Of a DNA stretch of 64,000 nucleotides, positions 20,265 to 30,273 are shown piece after piece. The position numbers and the translations under genes were made by a program. Numbering within the stretch: the first letter of the stretch is position 1; the number at the start of each line of letters is the position of its first letter. Source of the DNA: Bdellovibrionota bacterium (GTDB lineage: Bacteria > Bdellovibrionota_C > UBA2361 > JBGSMV01); the NCBI GenBank assembly GCA_041739995.1, contig JBGSMV010000080.1, positions 42,845 through 106,844 of the forward strand, in the 5' to 3' direction. The notes under the pieces are model-generated. The model made no database searches, was not told the DNA's origin, and was given only the letters and a program-made list of their open reading frames with translations.

Positions 20265-21389
20265 ATGAATATTCCTACTGGCCTTACCGCGATTCCTTTC
20301 GGTTCGAAGCTCATTTCTGAAGCAACCCCAACCTTCATTATTGCCGAGATAGGCGTAAACCATAACGGAGATGTTGATCTTGCCCATAGGATGATCGACG
20401 AAGCGGCGGCTACTGGAGTTGATGCCGTCAAGTTTCAAACTTTCCGTGCTGAGACACTAGTGTCTCGTGATGCCGCAATGGCTGAGTATCAGAAGAAGAA
20501 TCTAGGGCACACGGGTACCCAGTTCGAGATGTTGAAAGGACTTGAGCTGCCGCTTGAATCGTATAGCGCGCTCAAGGAGCACGCTGAACGACTAGGGGTA
20601 GTCTTTCTTTCAACTCCATTCGACAAGGGCACTGCTGATTTTTTGAATACACTGGGTGTAGTTGCATTTAAAATCGGCTCCTCGGATACGGACAACATCC
20701 CTCTACTTAGGCACATTGCTCGGTTCCATAAGCCCATGATTTTATCATCTGGCATGTCCGACATCGAGGAGCTTAGCGCAGCAGTTTCGGAGGTTTTAGC
20801 GTTGAATCAAGCTGTCGTCACACTTCAATGCACCACTGATTATCCTTGCGCTGCTAAGTATGCGCATCTCTCAGCACTTTCAACGATTCGAGATCGCTGC
20901 AGAACTTTGGTTGGATTTTCCGACCATACTGAGGGCCTCTCTGCTGGGATTGCCGCGGTGGCTCTCGGAGCGGTGGTGATCGAGAAACATTTCACCACCG
21001 ATCGTTCATTGCCTGGGCCAGATCAAGTCGCCTCAAGCGAACCAGCAGAGTTCTCAGCGCTCGTTCAGGGCATCCGCAAGCTAGAAATCGAGGCTCCTAA
21101 GAGACGCCTCGCGCGAGTGAAGGCCTTTCCCGAGTTCGCCGAGTTGCTCGGAGATTCGAGCAAACAAATTGCAAAGAACGTTATTTCTTCGGGCGTTATG
21201 AAAGTTGCGAAGAAAAGTATCGTCGCTGCCTGCCGTATTAGTGTGGGAACTGCTCTCACAGAAGAAATGTTGTGTGTAAAAAGACCGAGCGGTGGCGTCC
21301 GACCGCTTGACTTCAGTCGTCTTCTCGGACGCTGCACCAATCGAGTTATTCAAGTCGACGAGCCCTTGAACTGGGAGGATCTTGTGTAA
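20265..21389 (+). CDS. neuB: Nonulosonic acid synthase (NeuB/LegI) with C-terminal SAF domain
   Basis: IAEIGVNHNG, DAVKFQTF, STPFD, KIGS, CTTDYP, GFSDHT, IEKHFT, GPD, KRPSGG. Confidence 0.95.
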   Translation: MNIPTGLTAIPFGSKLISEATPTFIIAEIGVNHNGDVDLAHRMIDEAAATGVDAVKFQTFRAETLVSRDAAMAEYQKKNLGHTGTQFEMLKGLELPLESYSALKEHAERLGVVFLSTPFDKGTADFLNTLGVVAFKIGSSDTDNIPLLRHIARFHKPMILSSGMSDIEELSAAVSEVLALNQAVVTLQCTTDYPCAAKYAHLSALSTIRDRCRTLVGFSDHTEGLSAGIAAVALGAVVIEKHFTTDRSLPGPDQVASSEPAEFSALVQGIRKLEIEAPKRRLARVKAFPEFAELLGDSSKQIAKNVISSGVMKVAKKSIVAACRISVGTALTEEMLCVKRPSGGVRPLDFSRLLGRCTNRVIQVDEPLNWEDLV

Positions 21390-21434
21390 GAGTGAATCGA
21401 AACTCTACTACAAGATTATAGGCCACTAATTACT

Positions 21435-21946
21435 TCATGAGAGGCTCCCATCTAAACGCTGGGAATGTGCTAAGAGAATCTCTCCCGTAGAAAGGGTGAC
21501 TTCTGCCTGGCAGCGCGTCTTTAACTCCCCCCCTGACTCAATTTTAATCTCAAGGTTCGACTTTCCTGCATCAACCCGAGTCTCGATAGCGAGGTAAATG
21601 GGTTGATCAATTCTCCCATTCACATCTCCGTACTCACGCTGCTCTTGGATATTACCATTTACAGAAACGGTGCCGGTATGTTGCAGAGGCGTGCGCGTAC
21701 AGATTTCCTTTGGACGCATATGCAAAGGAAGCCCCCTATCTCATCTTCGGCGCGAGGATGACATTGCTCTGAGTTCGAACTTGCGAGAGCCCCCGCTACT
21801 CTGACGAGCGCGAAAGGTAGAATCGTACCGTTGGGAACTTGAGCTACAAACGCGCACAATCCCAATAACATGATTGACATAACGGAAGCTCGAAGGCGCT
21901 TGTTCCAGATGGAACATGTCGCGGACGGGGCTACCCCACTGCGCAA
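21435..21946 (-). other. Possible frameshifted or degenerate secreted-protein gene (two overlapping ORFs)
   Basis: ORF 21659..21946 has a hydrophobic signal-like stretch; ORF 21435..21725 is beta-rich and opens at a G-run (~21732-21736). Confidence 0.3.
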
Positions 21947-22351
21947 TTGAGCACGGAATCCTTCAAGCGCATCGAAAACTCTGCGGCTCTCAGATTCGGG
22001 AAGGGCAGCCTACTGTGGTCAATGGCTCGATCAAGAAAGGGAGCTCGCTTTTCAAAAATTCGCTCTGCCAAAATCAGATGCTCACACTAACTACTATACG
22101 AACATCAACCGACTTCGCGAACTAACGCTGTCAATAAAGGATTTCTATGTCTATTATAAGATGCGAGGCTTGTGCTTACGTCTGAAACGCTGAGATCGAC
22201 TGAGTAGTTACGACACTAAAAATAGCCCTTTTTGAAGGTAATTAGCTGACTCTGTGATTTCCCAGCCTAGGAGCCTGTGTCTGCGTCAGATAACTCCTAG
22301 GATACTCTTATTTTAAACTACGTATTAGAATCATAGCGCTGAAGGGAAATA

Positions 22352-22735
22352 ATGCTTTCTGTCTCCTCAAAATACGCGATTCAAGCTCTGCTCACGCTCG
22401 CCAAGCACGAGGACGGTGAGTTTGTGCGCGTGGAGGAGCTCTCCCGAAAATCTAAGATACCTGGCCCCTACCTGTCGAAGATAATGAAGAGCCTTGCCCA
22501 AAAGAAAATCATTGAAAGCAGACGTGGCATTTCTGGAGGAGTTCGACTTCCGCCTACCAAGAGTAATCTAAGTTTCTACGATGTCTGTCTGGCACTGAAC
22601 GAGCCGACACTTAATTCGCAGTGCTTGCTCTCAAAGAGAGGCTGCAACTTACAAAGCCCCTGCGAAATGCATCAACGATGGAGCACGATGCGAGAGTCCT
22701 TTTGTAAATTCCTCAAAGATGCGCGCATCCGTTAG
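22352..22735 (+). CDS. Rrf2-family transcriptional regulator, probably Fe-S binding
   Basis: YAIQAL, IPGPYLSKIM, SRRGISGG; C-x6-C-x5-C-x2-H motif. Confidence 0.92.
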   Translation: MLSVSSKYAIQALLTLAKHEDGEFVRVEELSRKSKIPGPYLSKIMKSLAQKKIIESRRGISGGVRLPPTKSNLSFYDVCLALNEPTLNSQCLLSKRGCNLQSPCEMHQRWSTMRESFCKFLKDARIR

Positions 22736-22864
22736 CTACTTGTAGCCAAACAAAGCGCCTGCTGCATATTCCAAACCGCCAGAAGTTGAGTGGTAAGCTC
22801 ATGTATAATTTTCTGAGCAATACTTTAATGATCACTTCTCATTGAAAGCGCGCACTTGGCAAAC

Positions 22865-22886
22865 AAAAGAGATATGTATATCTTTT
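22865..22886. promoter_or_regulatory. Palindromic candidate operator (possibly Rrf2 site)
   Basis: AAAAGAGATATGTATATCTTTT: AGATAT-GT-ATATCT dyad, ~70 bp upstream of porin gene. Confidence 0.45.
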
Positions 22887-22956
22887 ATTTGTTGCCGACC
22901 CAGCTTCCTTCTTTACGAGCCAAGCCTTGAATCCGATAAGCACAGTGAGTATTGAT

Positions 22957-24285
22957 ATGAACTTGTCTTCCATTTCCAGCGCTCTCGCCAGAACCCTGTG
23001 GGTGCTGGCATTTTCTATAGTTTTCGATACCTCGCAGCTTCACGCTCAAGAAAGACATGAACTCGCACCGGGCGTAACAATCGGAGGCAGTCTCCGAACC
23101 CGTCTTGAGTACAAGTATGACTTTAAGTTTGATGAATCCGCCCCCGGCAACACTGACAACTATTTCCTCTCTCAAGTTCGAGTCAATTTAAAGTGGGACA
23201 TCTCGGATGCGTTCTCGGCTTATCTGGAAGGTCAGGACGCAGCAATTCAAGGGTCAAAGTCGATTGATGATGAAGCAACTCCAAATATTTATAGCGACAG
23301 CTTCGACCTCCATCAGGCCTACTTAGATTTTACGCAACCTTCCACCTCCCTGCCTACCGCTGTGCGCGTCGGACGGCAGAAACTAAAGTATGGTGCAGAG
23401 CGGCTATTAGGACCTCTGGAATGGGTAAACACAGCTCGTGTGTTTGACGCCGCGAAGTTCACGTTGGGCGATGTAAGCGCACGCTCTGCTGACGTGTTCG
23501 CCTCGCGAGTAGTTCCAGTCGACCCAGAGGATTTCAACGATTGGGGACCAACGGTGAACAGATACGCCAACAGCTCCTTGTACGGCGTCTATTATACTGA
23601 CTATGCACTGATCGAATCGTCAGTTCTTGAGGGTTACTATCTTCTACGATACGAGAGCGATATCGATGATGAAGTTCACACCATCGGCAGCAGGTATGCG
23701 GGAACATGGGAGCAATGGGATCTGGACGGTGACATCTCATACCAATCCGGTCGATTTGGAGGTCTAGACCACAGCGCCTTTGCGACTCATGTCGGAGCAG
23801 GATTTACCTTCTGCCCCTGCAACAAGTCACGTCTCGGGGTCACCTATAACTACGCCAGTGGTGATGACGATCCGACTGACTCCGACCATGGAACTTTCGA
23901 CAACCTCTTTCCGACCAATCATGCGTTCTACGGCTATATGGACTTCTTTTCTCTCCAGAATATGCACAACGTGGAGTTAACCTATTCGGTAAGTCCCGTT
24001 GAAGATTTGAACTTGAGAGCGGCATGGCAGAATTTCTGGCTAGCCGAGGCTGATAGCGATTCCTGGTACAATGCAAGTCTTGGTACCGTACGCACACCGG
24101 ATGGCAGCGATAATGATTCCTATGTTGGTAGTGAAATCGATTTAACTGCCGCTTATCCCATTTGGAAAAAGCGTCTTAACTTCCTGGTCGGGTACAGTCA
24201 CTTCTTCACTGGTGCCTACGTGAGCGATACCGGTAGTAGCCAAGATGCTGACTTCGTATACTTTCAGGCCAAGCTGGCCCTTTAG
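22957..24285 (+). CDS. Alginate-export-family outer membrane beta-barrel
   Basis: Signal peptide, LHQAYL, VRVGRQKLKYG.ERL, YASGDDDP, TFDNLFPTNH, VGSEIDL. Confidence 0.85.
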   Translation: MNLSSISSALARTLWVLAFSIVFDTSQLHAQERHELAPGVTIGGSLRTRLEYKYDFKFDESAPGNTDNYFLSQVRVNLKWDISDAFSAYLEGQDAAIQGSKSIDDEATPNIYSDSFDLHQAYLDFTQPSTSLPTAVRVGRQKLKYGAERLLGPLEWVNTARVFDAAKFTLGDVSARSADVFASRVVPVDPEDFNDWGPTVNRYANSSLYGVYYTDYALIESSVLEGYYLLRYESDIDDEVHTIGSRYAGTWEQWDLDGDISYQSGRFGGLDHSAFATHVGAGFTFCPCNKSRLGVTYNYASGDDDPTDSDHGTFDNLFPTNHAFYGYMDFFSLQNMHNVELTYSVSPVEDLNLRAAWQNFWLAEADSDSWYNASLGTVRTPDGSDNDSYVGSEIDLTAAYPIWKKRLNFLVGYSHFFTGAYVSDTGSSQDADFVYFQAKLAL

Positions 24286-24357
24286 TCGGAATTTTTCCGC
24301 ACCCTAAGGCCTAACTCCTTGCATACTGCTGTGCCCTCTCAGTAGTCTCGCTGGCCT

Positions 24358-25641
24358 ATGAGAATCCTTTGGATCTGCTTTGTCTGGCCAGAACCCACGT
24401 CCTCAGCTGCTGGATTTCGCACCTTACAGCTCATGCAGGCATGCAAGTATGCGGGCTACGAGGTGCGTGCACTTTCCTCATGCAAAGACAATTCGCATCG
24501 AGAGGCTCTGGAGCAGTTCGGCGTTCCTACTTTTCAGTGCGATCCAAATGACTCACGCTTTGATGCAGAATTGCTGGAATATCGTCCCGACATCGTCATT
24601 TTCGACCGCTTCATGCTAGAAGAACAGTTCGGCTGGCGCGTCCGACAGCATTGCCCTGATGCTGTGCGGGTGCTCGACACTGTAGATCTGCATGCGCTAC
24701 GAAGATCGCGACAGAAGAAAATCGAGAATGGCGAAAGCTCTTGCACGCTATCTTCCGAGGATTTTCAGTCCGAAGATGCGCTCCGTGAAGTTTCTGCTAT
24801 TTTTCGAAGTGACCTTTCTTTGCTCGTTTCGAACTTTGAGCGATCGCTTCTTTCTTCGCGCTATCAAGTGCCAGAGGAAATGCTTTCGCTAACCCGCATG
24901 CACTACCGTACTCCAGAGAACCAACATGATTTCGAACAGCGTAACAATTTCGTAACGATCGGCAATTTTCGTCATGCACCCAATGCGGACAGCTACCGGG
25001 TGTTGCACCAAAAGATTTGGAAGCCGCTTCGTCGTGCTCTATCAGATCTTGGGCTGCCAGGCGTTGAACTGCATATATATGGTGCGTATCCCACTAGAGA
25101 ATTTCTTGATCTTGATGACCCTTCCACCGGATTTCGCGTATTGGGCTGGGTCCCCAACGCGCAAGAAACACTTTCGCGTTACAGAGTTAATTTGGCTCCG
25201 CTGCGCTTTGGAGCAGGAATCAAGGGCAAGATTTCTGACGGCTGGGCGGTCGGAACGCCGTGCGTTGGCACCTCCATAGCGGCAGAAGGAATGTGCGAAA
25301 ATCTTGAATTTGGTGGGTTGATTTCTGACGAGTGGGATAATTTCATCACCTCAGCAGCTCTACTTTATGCAGAGCGCGCTGAGTGGGTTCAAGCCCAGGC
25401 CCGCGGAAACACCATCATTGAGTCGCTCTATAGTGAAGGGACAACTATCCCAGCTATGTTAAACGCCTTAACCGGCGCACTCGCGGCACGAGAGCAACGA
25501 AGAAGTCGCAACATGATTGGTGCCATGCTCTGGCAGAATCAATTAAGAAGCACCGAATATTTCTCACGCTGGATTGAAGTTAAAAAACTCCTCGCAACTC
25601 CGCCGTCTCAAGCACCAAAGACAGAATCTCTCCGCGATTAG
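24358..25641 (+). CDS. Glycosyltransferase (GT4-like)
   Basis: VWPEPTSSAAG, FDRFMLEEQFGW, IGNFRHAPN, APLRFGAGIKGKI. Confidence 0.85.
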   Translation: MRILWICFVWPEPTSSAAGFRTLQLMQACKYAGYEVRALSSCKDNSHREALEQFGVPTFQCDPNDSRFDAELLEYRPDIVIFDRFMLEEQFGWRVRQHCPDAVRVLDTVDLHALRRSRQKKIENGESSCTLSSEDFQSEDALREVSAIFRSDLSLLVSNFERSLLSSRYQVPEEMLSLTRMHYRTPENQHDFEQRNNFVTIGNFRHAPNADSYRVLHQKIWKPLRRALSDLGLPGVELHIYGAYPTREFLDLDDPSTGFRVLGWVPNAQETLSRYRVNLAPLRFGAGIKGKISDGWAVGTPCVGTSIAAEGMCENLEFGGLISDEWDNFITSAALLYAERAEWVQAQARGNTIIESLYSEGTTIPAMLNALTGALAAREQRRSRNMIGAMLWQNQLRSTEYFSRWIEVKKLLATPPSQAPKTESLRD

Positions 25642-25687
25642 GAGACCCTTATCCACAAGGCACTTTCCCCAAGTACTGAGACTCAAG

Positions 25688-27061
25688 TCATGTACGCTTC
25701 GTCCCCAAAAGGTTCACAGCGAACACCAGCATAGCACTTAGACCTAGCGTTCCTGACATAGCGAAAATTTCCCGGGGCAACCTTATCTCATACTCGCCAA
25801 GCGTCAAAGGTACGGTACGAGTCAGCGCAGAAGCGAACAGCAAGCAGAATGCTACAAGCGTAAGCCGAGGATTTATAAGTTTGCGGTGCAAGAGGTTGGG
25901 GAGCAGACGATGCCCTACCCCAAACACTAAATGCGCCGCAAATCCAAGCAGAAGGATGTGTCGAATGACTTGCGGCGAAACGACTTCCCGTGATCCGACA
26001 AGGAACGCCAAGGAATTCGCTATTTCCAGACAAGCCACTAAGGCCAGCCACATGAATCCAGCGATGGCAAAAAGCTCGAATCTTCCGTACTCACCTCGGT
26101 CACCAAATCGCCCGCGGTGAGTTGCCGCATCGCTTCTAAAGACCTTAAGAGAAATGCGTTCAGGGCGCACGCGAAAAAGTAGTGCGTCTAGCTCCCAGAT
26201 GTACCAGAGCATTGTGACGGAAAGGAACATGGAAGCCCATGCCGCAACAGTTTCGGGCCAGAACAGATCGGGTTGAAGAAGCCCTATGAATCGGCAAAAT
26301 AGGAGTCCAAGCGTACTCGCCGCCAACATCCACCCTATGTCGCGCACGGGCCAAAGTGGTGCGCGAAGTCCAAGGAACACCGGCAGCATCTTCACTCCAA
26401 AACCCAGAATGCCCATCACAAGCACAAGGCGAAGAAAGGCTTCTATCTGAAATGCGGTCCACAGAGGTGAAATTAACCCGGCACTCACAAGGGCTGCGGC
26501 AGTGATAATCAAATCGCTCCCGACGAACACCAACCAACCGATCGCCATTGAGAGTAGAAATGGCAAGAGCCTAAGCACATCACTTCTATCGATTTTCGCG
26601 AGGCGCACACCGGATACGACAAAGTGTAAATATGCTCCCACCGCGAGCGCCTGAAACACCGCACCCGTAAAGGTCAGCGCACCACAGAAAAGGCGCTGCT
26701 CAAGCGGCAAATATCCTTCCGCTACTGGAGCAAGAGTACGAAGCAGCACTCCCACTACCGCAAATCGAAATATCCAAACAATTTGATTTCTGGAGCCGGA
26801 AGGATTGCTCGTCATGCGCGGTAGAACATATAAGCTCACGCCTATCAGCAGCATTCCCATCCACCCAAAAATCTGCAGATGTCCGTGGGCTTGAATCAGT
26901 GCGAGAAGACTTGGACCTGAAGAAACCCCATACGCGAACACGTACGAAAGATGCCCCGCAAGTCCAAAGCCTCCCAGAATCGCAATGAGAAACGAGGCCC
27001 ATATAAATGGTGGATATAGATCAGGGTAGCGCGCAGCCGCGCCTGGAGAAGAGTGAGGCAT
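25688..27061 (-). CDS. nnrS: NnrS-like multi-pass membrane protein
   Basis: QAHGHLQIFGW...LPRM, RHILLLGF...GHRLLP; many hydrophobic segments. Confidence 0.7.
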   Translation of the reverse strand: MPHSSPGAAARYPDLYPPFIWASFLIAILGGFGLAGHLSYVFAYGVSSGPSLLALIQAHGHLQIFGWMGMLLIGVSLYVLPRMTSNPSGSRNQIVWIFRFAVVGVLLRTLAPVAEGYLPLEQRLFCGALTFTGAVFQALAVGAYLHFVVSGVRLAKIDRSDVLRLLPFLLSMAIGWLVFVGSDLIITAAALVSAGLISPLWTAFQIEAFLRLVLVMGILGFGVKMLPVFLGLRAPLWPVRDIGWMLAASTLGLLFCRFIGLLQPDLFWPETVAAWASMFLSVTMLWYIWELDALLFRVRPERISLKVFRSDAATHRGRFGDRGEYGRFELFAIAGFMWLALVACLEIANSLAFLVGSREVVSPQVIRHILLLGFAAHLVFGVGHRLLPNLLHRKLINPRLTLVAFCLLFASALTRTVPLTLGEYEIRLPREIFAMSGTLGLSAMLVFAVNLLGTKRT

Positions 27062-27167
27062 AGGTCCCAGTATTTAATGGATACTAGACGTTCCGTCTAT
27101 GTTTTCGCCACCTCAGCTCGACCCAAAGGCTCAGACTCCGCAAATCAACCTCCCACACTTCCTAAAA

Positions 27168-27668
27168 CTAATTCTTTAGTTCTGGATGATCATTCTCTGC
27201 ACGTGAGAGTGAGCTACGGAACATCCAAAGCGCTTTTTCTAGAATCGCGAGGTGAGTAGTCAACATGTCCGAGGTCACTGGATCTACCAATAGCTCTGCA
27301 CTCTCTCGTGTCTTGGCGGCATGCTCGCGTACCACCACACAACAAGTAATCAGATCATCAAGCATCGCGTCCGCATCCAATGGCATTCCTCTACCGGCAA
27401 TCGTTGAAAGCTCGTTAAGCGTTTCTAGGCCCACGGGCGCATAAGCGCCAAGGGCTCGAATTCGCTCCCCCACCACATCAACCTCTTCCCACAACTCTTT
27501 GTAAAAGTTCTCGAACATCGCATGTGCTGCGTGAAACTGCGGACCCTCTACGTTCCAGTGAAATCCCTGGAGTCGAATAACCAGGTTGTACAAATGCGCG
27601 AGGTGTACGCCGAGCGAATCTGCTAGCTCGCTATGAATCTCTTTCCTGCCTGCAACAATCTTCTGCAT
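27168..27668 (-). CDS. dps: Dps-family ferritin-like DNA protection protein
   Basis: FHWNVEGPQF...HAMFE, DVVGERIRALG, EKALWM; AAGGAGG RBS. Confidence 0.92.
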   Translation of the reverse strand: MQKIVAGRKEIHSELADSLGVHLAHLYNLVIRLQGFHWNVEGPQFHAAHAMFENFYKELWEEVDVVGERIRALGAYAPVGLETLNELSTIAGRGMPLDADAMLDDLITCCVVVREHAAKTRESAELLVDPVTSDMLTTHLAILEKALWMFRSSLSRAENDHPELKN

Positions 27669-27991
27669 GCTTCCTCCTTACCCGCTTTCCACGAGTCTTA
27701 ATAATATCTATTCGTGCCAAACCAAGCTTTGAGCTTAGTGGCCAAGAATTAAAATCTTTTCGTCAGGCAACAGACATAAGTAGCCGTACAGTCGAGGGAG
27801 CATTCCTGACCGCAATGCGCTTGGCGAATCTCGTTGAGCCTTCTTCCAATCTCTAATATATCACACTTTTGGCCGAAAATCTCGAGATTTTGTGATCCGC
27901 TCTCAAGGGTCAAGAATGTGCTTTGTTAGTTTGTAATTCTTCTTTACATTGAATTTATCAAAGGTCACACAGCTTAAAGCGAGAAATTTGA

Positions 27992-29326
27992 ATGCACTCG
28001 AATCTTGGCACGAACGGCTCTCCAAAGTCCCCCGCTCAGAAACTTCCGCCCTGGTCTCAAAATATCTCTGCCGCTCTTCCCTCAATTCCCAATGATTCAC
28101 CACGGTCAGACGAAACTCCTCTCGAATCCGAGAAAAGTCTTGGCTTCGCTGAACATGTGGTCGCAAAGAGCTCAATACCCTCACAGACCGAAATTGCTGA
28201 TTATTTGGCAATTTCTAAAAAGATTGCGACCTCTACAAAGGTGTCTTCTCAAGAACTTGTTGATTCAACTCGTGCTGCCTTCGAAATGCGGTCGCGCCTC
28301 AGTGGTGATTCTGGTTCCGGCGGAATCGCACTATTGGAACTAAGACAAGGATGGGCGAAACAAGTGGCTGAAGCTCTCCCTCAGATCACCACCTCCATCG
28401 AAATGATGTATCAAGAAGCGCCTTCAAAGGTGATTGAGGCCATAGCTAACGATTTTCTTTCCAGGATCAATGAACGCGCTCCCAATCTCGCAGAACCGCA
28501 CTCCGCAAGTGCGATCAGCTCTTGTCTTGAACAGACCAGACTCATGGTCATTTTCGCAGGCAGAGCACTGAAGAGTGAAGACCATGTTCAGAGCGCTCTC
28601 TCAGGCCTTCAGGAACGCTCCTTTGTCAGTGATGGCTCCCAAACTCCCGCCGCGAATGCAAAGGAAAAAAGTGCCGAAGATCGGCGCTCTTCTTTCGAAT
28701 CACGACAAGCTCAGAAAGCCGCGCAGAGTGCTGCTAAAAAGGCAGCGCTTCAAGCAGGTCAAGCGCTTCCCGTAAAAGATGCTCCTCCGCCAATAGTAAA
28801 AGACGATGAGAAATCCGAACTGCTTGCCTCCACCGCCGCCCAACACCGAGGGAACTTTGACGATGCTCGTCCCAGCGACCAACAAAAACACTTGCTTCGA
28901 CAGCGCGGACAAAAGGAGCTCGAGCGCACACTCGCCGACCGCCTTCGTAGCCCTAAAGGAGCGGAGCGAGAGAAGGAACTGGAAACTACCAGAATTGAAC
29001 TGACTAATGTGTTGGCAACCAGACTCAAAGACTGGTTCTCGACTGAGATTCAGCTGGGAAAGCATCTTGGGAAGTCGGCGATCGGCCCAGCTGATATTTC
29101 AAAGGATGTGCACTCAGCAAATGCTCGGCGTGCGGAGATCGAGACTCACCTGTCTGCCATCAAGGCTCTTCATCAGCAGATAGAAGCTGATCTTCGACGC
29201 TCTGCGCGTGTTGCTGAGACTCATAAAGACAAGCTTGTAGGCGCATTCAGCCTCCAAGAATTTAAGCTCTTAGACGAGATCTTGAACCCGCCTAAGCCAA
29301 AAGAGACCTTCGAACTGGCGGATTGA
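27992..29326 (+). CDS. Hypothetical helical/coiled-coil protein
   Basis: 444-aa ORF, Ala/Glu/Lys/Ser-rich, no recognised motif. Confidence 0.65.
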   Translation: MHSNLGTNGSPKSPAQKLPPWSQNISAALPSIPNDSPRSDETPLESEKSLGFAEHVVAKSSIPSQTEIADYLAISKKIATSTKVSSQELVDSTRAAFEMRSRLSGDSGSGGIALLELRQGWAKQVAEALPQITTSIEMMYQEAPSKVIEAIANDFLSRINERAPNLAEPHSASAISSCLEQTRLMVIFAGRALKSEDHVQSALSGLQERSFVSDGSQTPAANAKEKSAEDRRSSFESRQAQKAAQSAAKKAALQAGQALPVKDAPPPIVKDDEKSELLASTAAQHRGNFDDARPSDQQKHLLRQRGQKELERTLADRLRSPKGAEREKELETTRIELTNVLATRLKDWFSTEIQLGKHLGKSAIGPADISKDVHSANARRAEIETHLSAIKALHQQIEADLRRSARVAETHKDKLVGAFSLQEFKLLDEILNPPKPKETFELAD

Positions 29327-29364
29327 AGATGAGGCTTTTGCGAGTTAACTGACGTCGCGACAGT

Positions 29365-30273
29365 TCAGACTGCCACCGGGTGCCAGGTCGTCTTTATCTC
29401 AAGCATGCTTTCGAGCTCAGTAAGGGAGTCTGCCTGAGCCGACTGGGCAACTACCCGCTTAAGATTCTCACCGCCAAGAGCTCGTACCAAGGCAATATCA
29501 TCCCTCTCTTCGCGGGGAAGACAAACCGCACCGATATCCATGTGAGAACCAAGTGGAGTTAATAGCTCATCTTTGAGACCAGAGAGCAGATTAACCACTC
29601 CCGCAGGAACATCTGAGGAAGCGAGCACTTCAGCGAAGCTAAGTCCCACGGTAGCGCTGCGCTCAGAGAGCAGCACTATCACTGCGTTTCCCGCGCACAC
29701 TGCCGGTGCAAGTGCACGTACAAGCCCAAGAAGTGCGGATGATTCAGGGGCTACGACCCCCACCACTCCAATCGGTTCAGCGCAAGAGAAGTTGAAGAAA
29801 TTTCCCGCTACAGGATTGATGCTCCCAAGCACTTGCTGGAACTTGTCGGCCCATCCTGCATAGTGGACAATACAATCAATCGCCGCACCTGTCTCAGCAA
29901 TCGCCTGCTTCTTCGTCGCCCCGAGCAAGATTAACTCTTTCTCGAACTGGTCTCGACGGCTCTCAAGCATCTCAGCCATTCGATAAATTATCTGCGCTCG
30001 ATTGTAGGCCGTGCGGCTCTTCCACACAGCGAACCCTTTATGCGCAGCAACCACCGCGTTCCGAATATCCTTACGGGTTCCTCTACACACATGCGCGACT
30101 AATTTCTGCTTAGATCCGACAACTGGGTACTCGCGTTCTGATTCGGAGCGCACGAATGCCCCGCCAATGTACATCTTGTAAGTCTTTAGGACCGGGACAC
30201 GCCCGTTCGCTTCAGCCATAGAGGACTTGTGCTGCACCTTCCCGTTACTCGAAGTATCGCGCTTTGTGCTCAT
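29365..30273 (-). CDS. Short aldehyde dehydrogenase-like subunit (NAD-binding fold only)
   Basis: KTYKMYIGGAFVRSES, YAGWADK, GVVNLLSG, IKTTWHP; lacks the ELGGK and catalytic Cys segment. Confidence 0.85.
   Translation of the reverse strand: MSTKRDTSSNGKVQHKSSMAEANGRVPVLKTYKMYIGGAFVRSESEREYPVVGSKQKLVAHVCRGTRKDIRNAVVAAHKGFAVWKSRTAYNRAQIIYRMAEMLESRRDQFEKELILLGATKKQAIAETGAAIDCIVHYAGWADKFQQVLGSINPVAGNFFNFSCAEPIGVVGVVAPESSALLGLVRALAPAVCAGNAVIVLLSERSATVGLSFAEVLASSDVPAGVVNLLSGLKDELLTPLGSHMDIGAVCLPREERDDIALVRALGGENLKRVVAQSAQADSLTELESMLEIKTTWHPVAV

Noticed and set aside
22957..24285. Alginate biosynthesis
   Set aside because: Only the barrel family matches; no alg genes in the window
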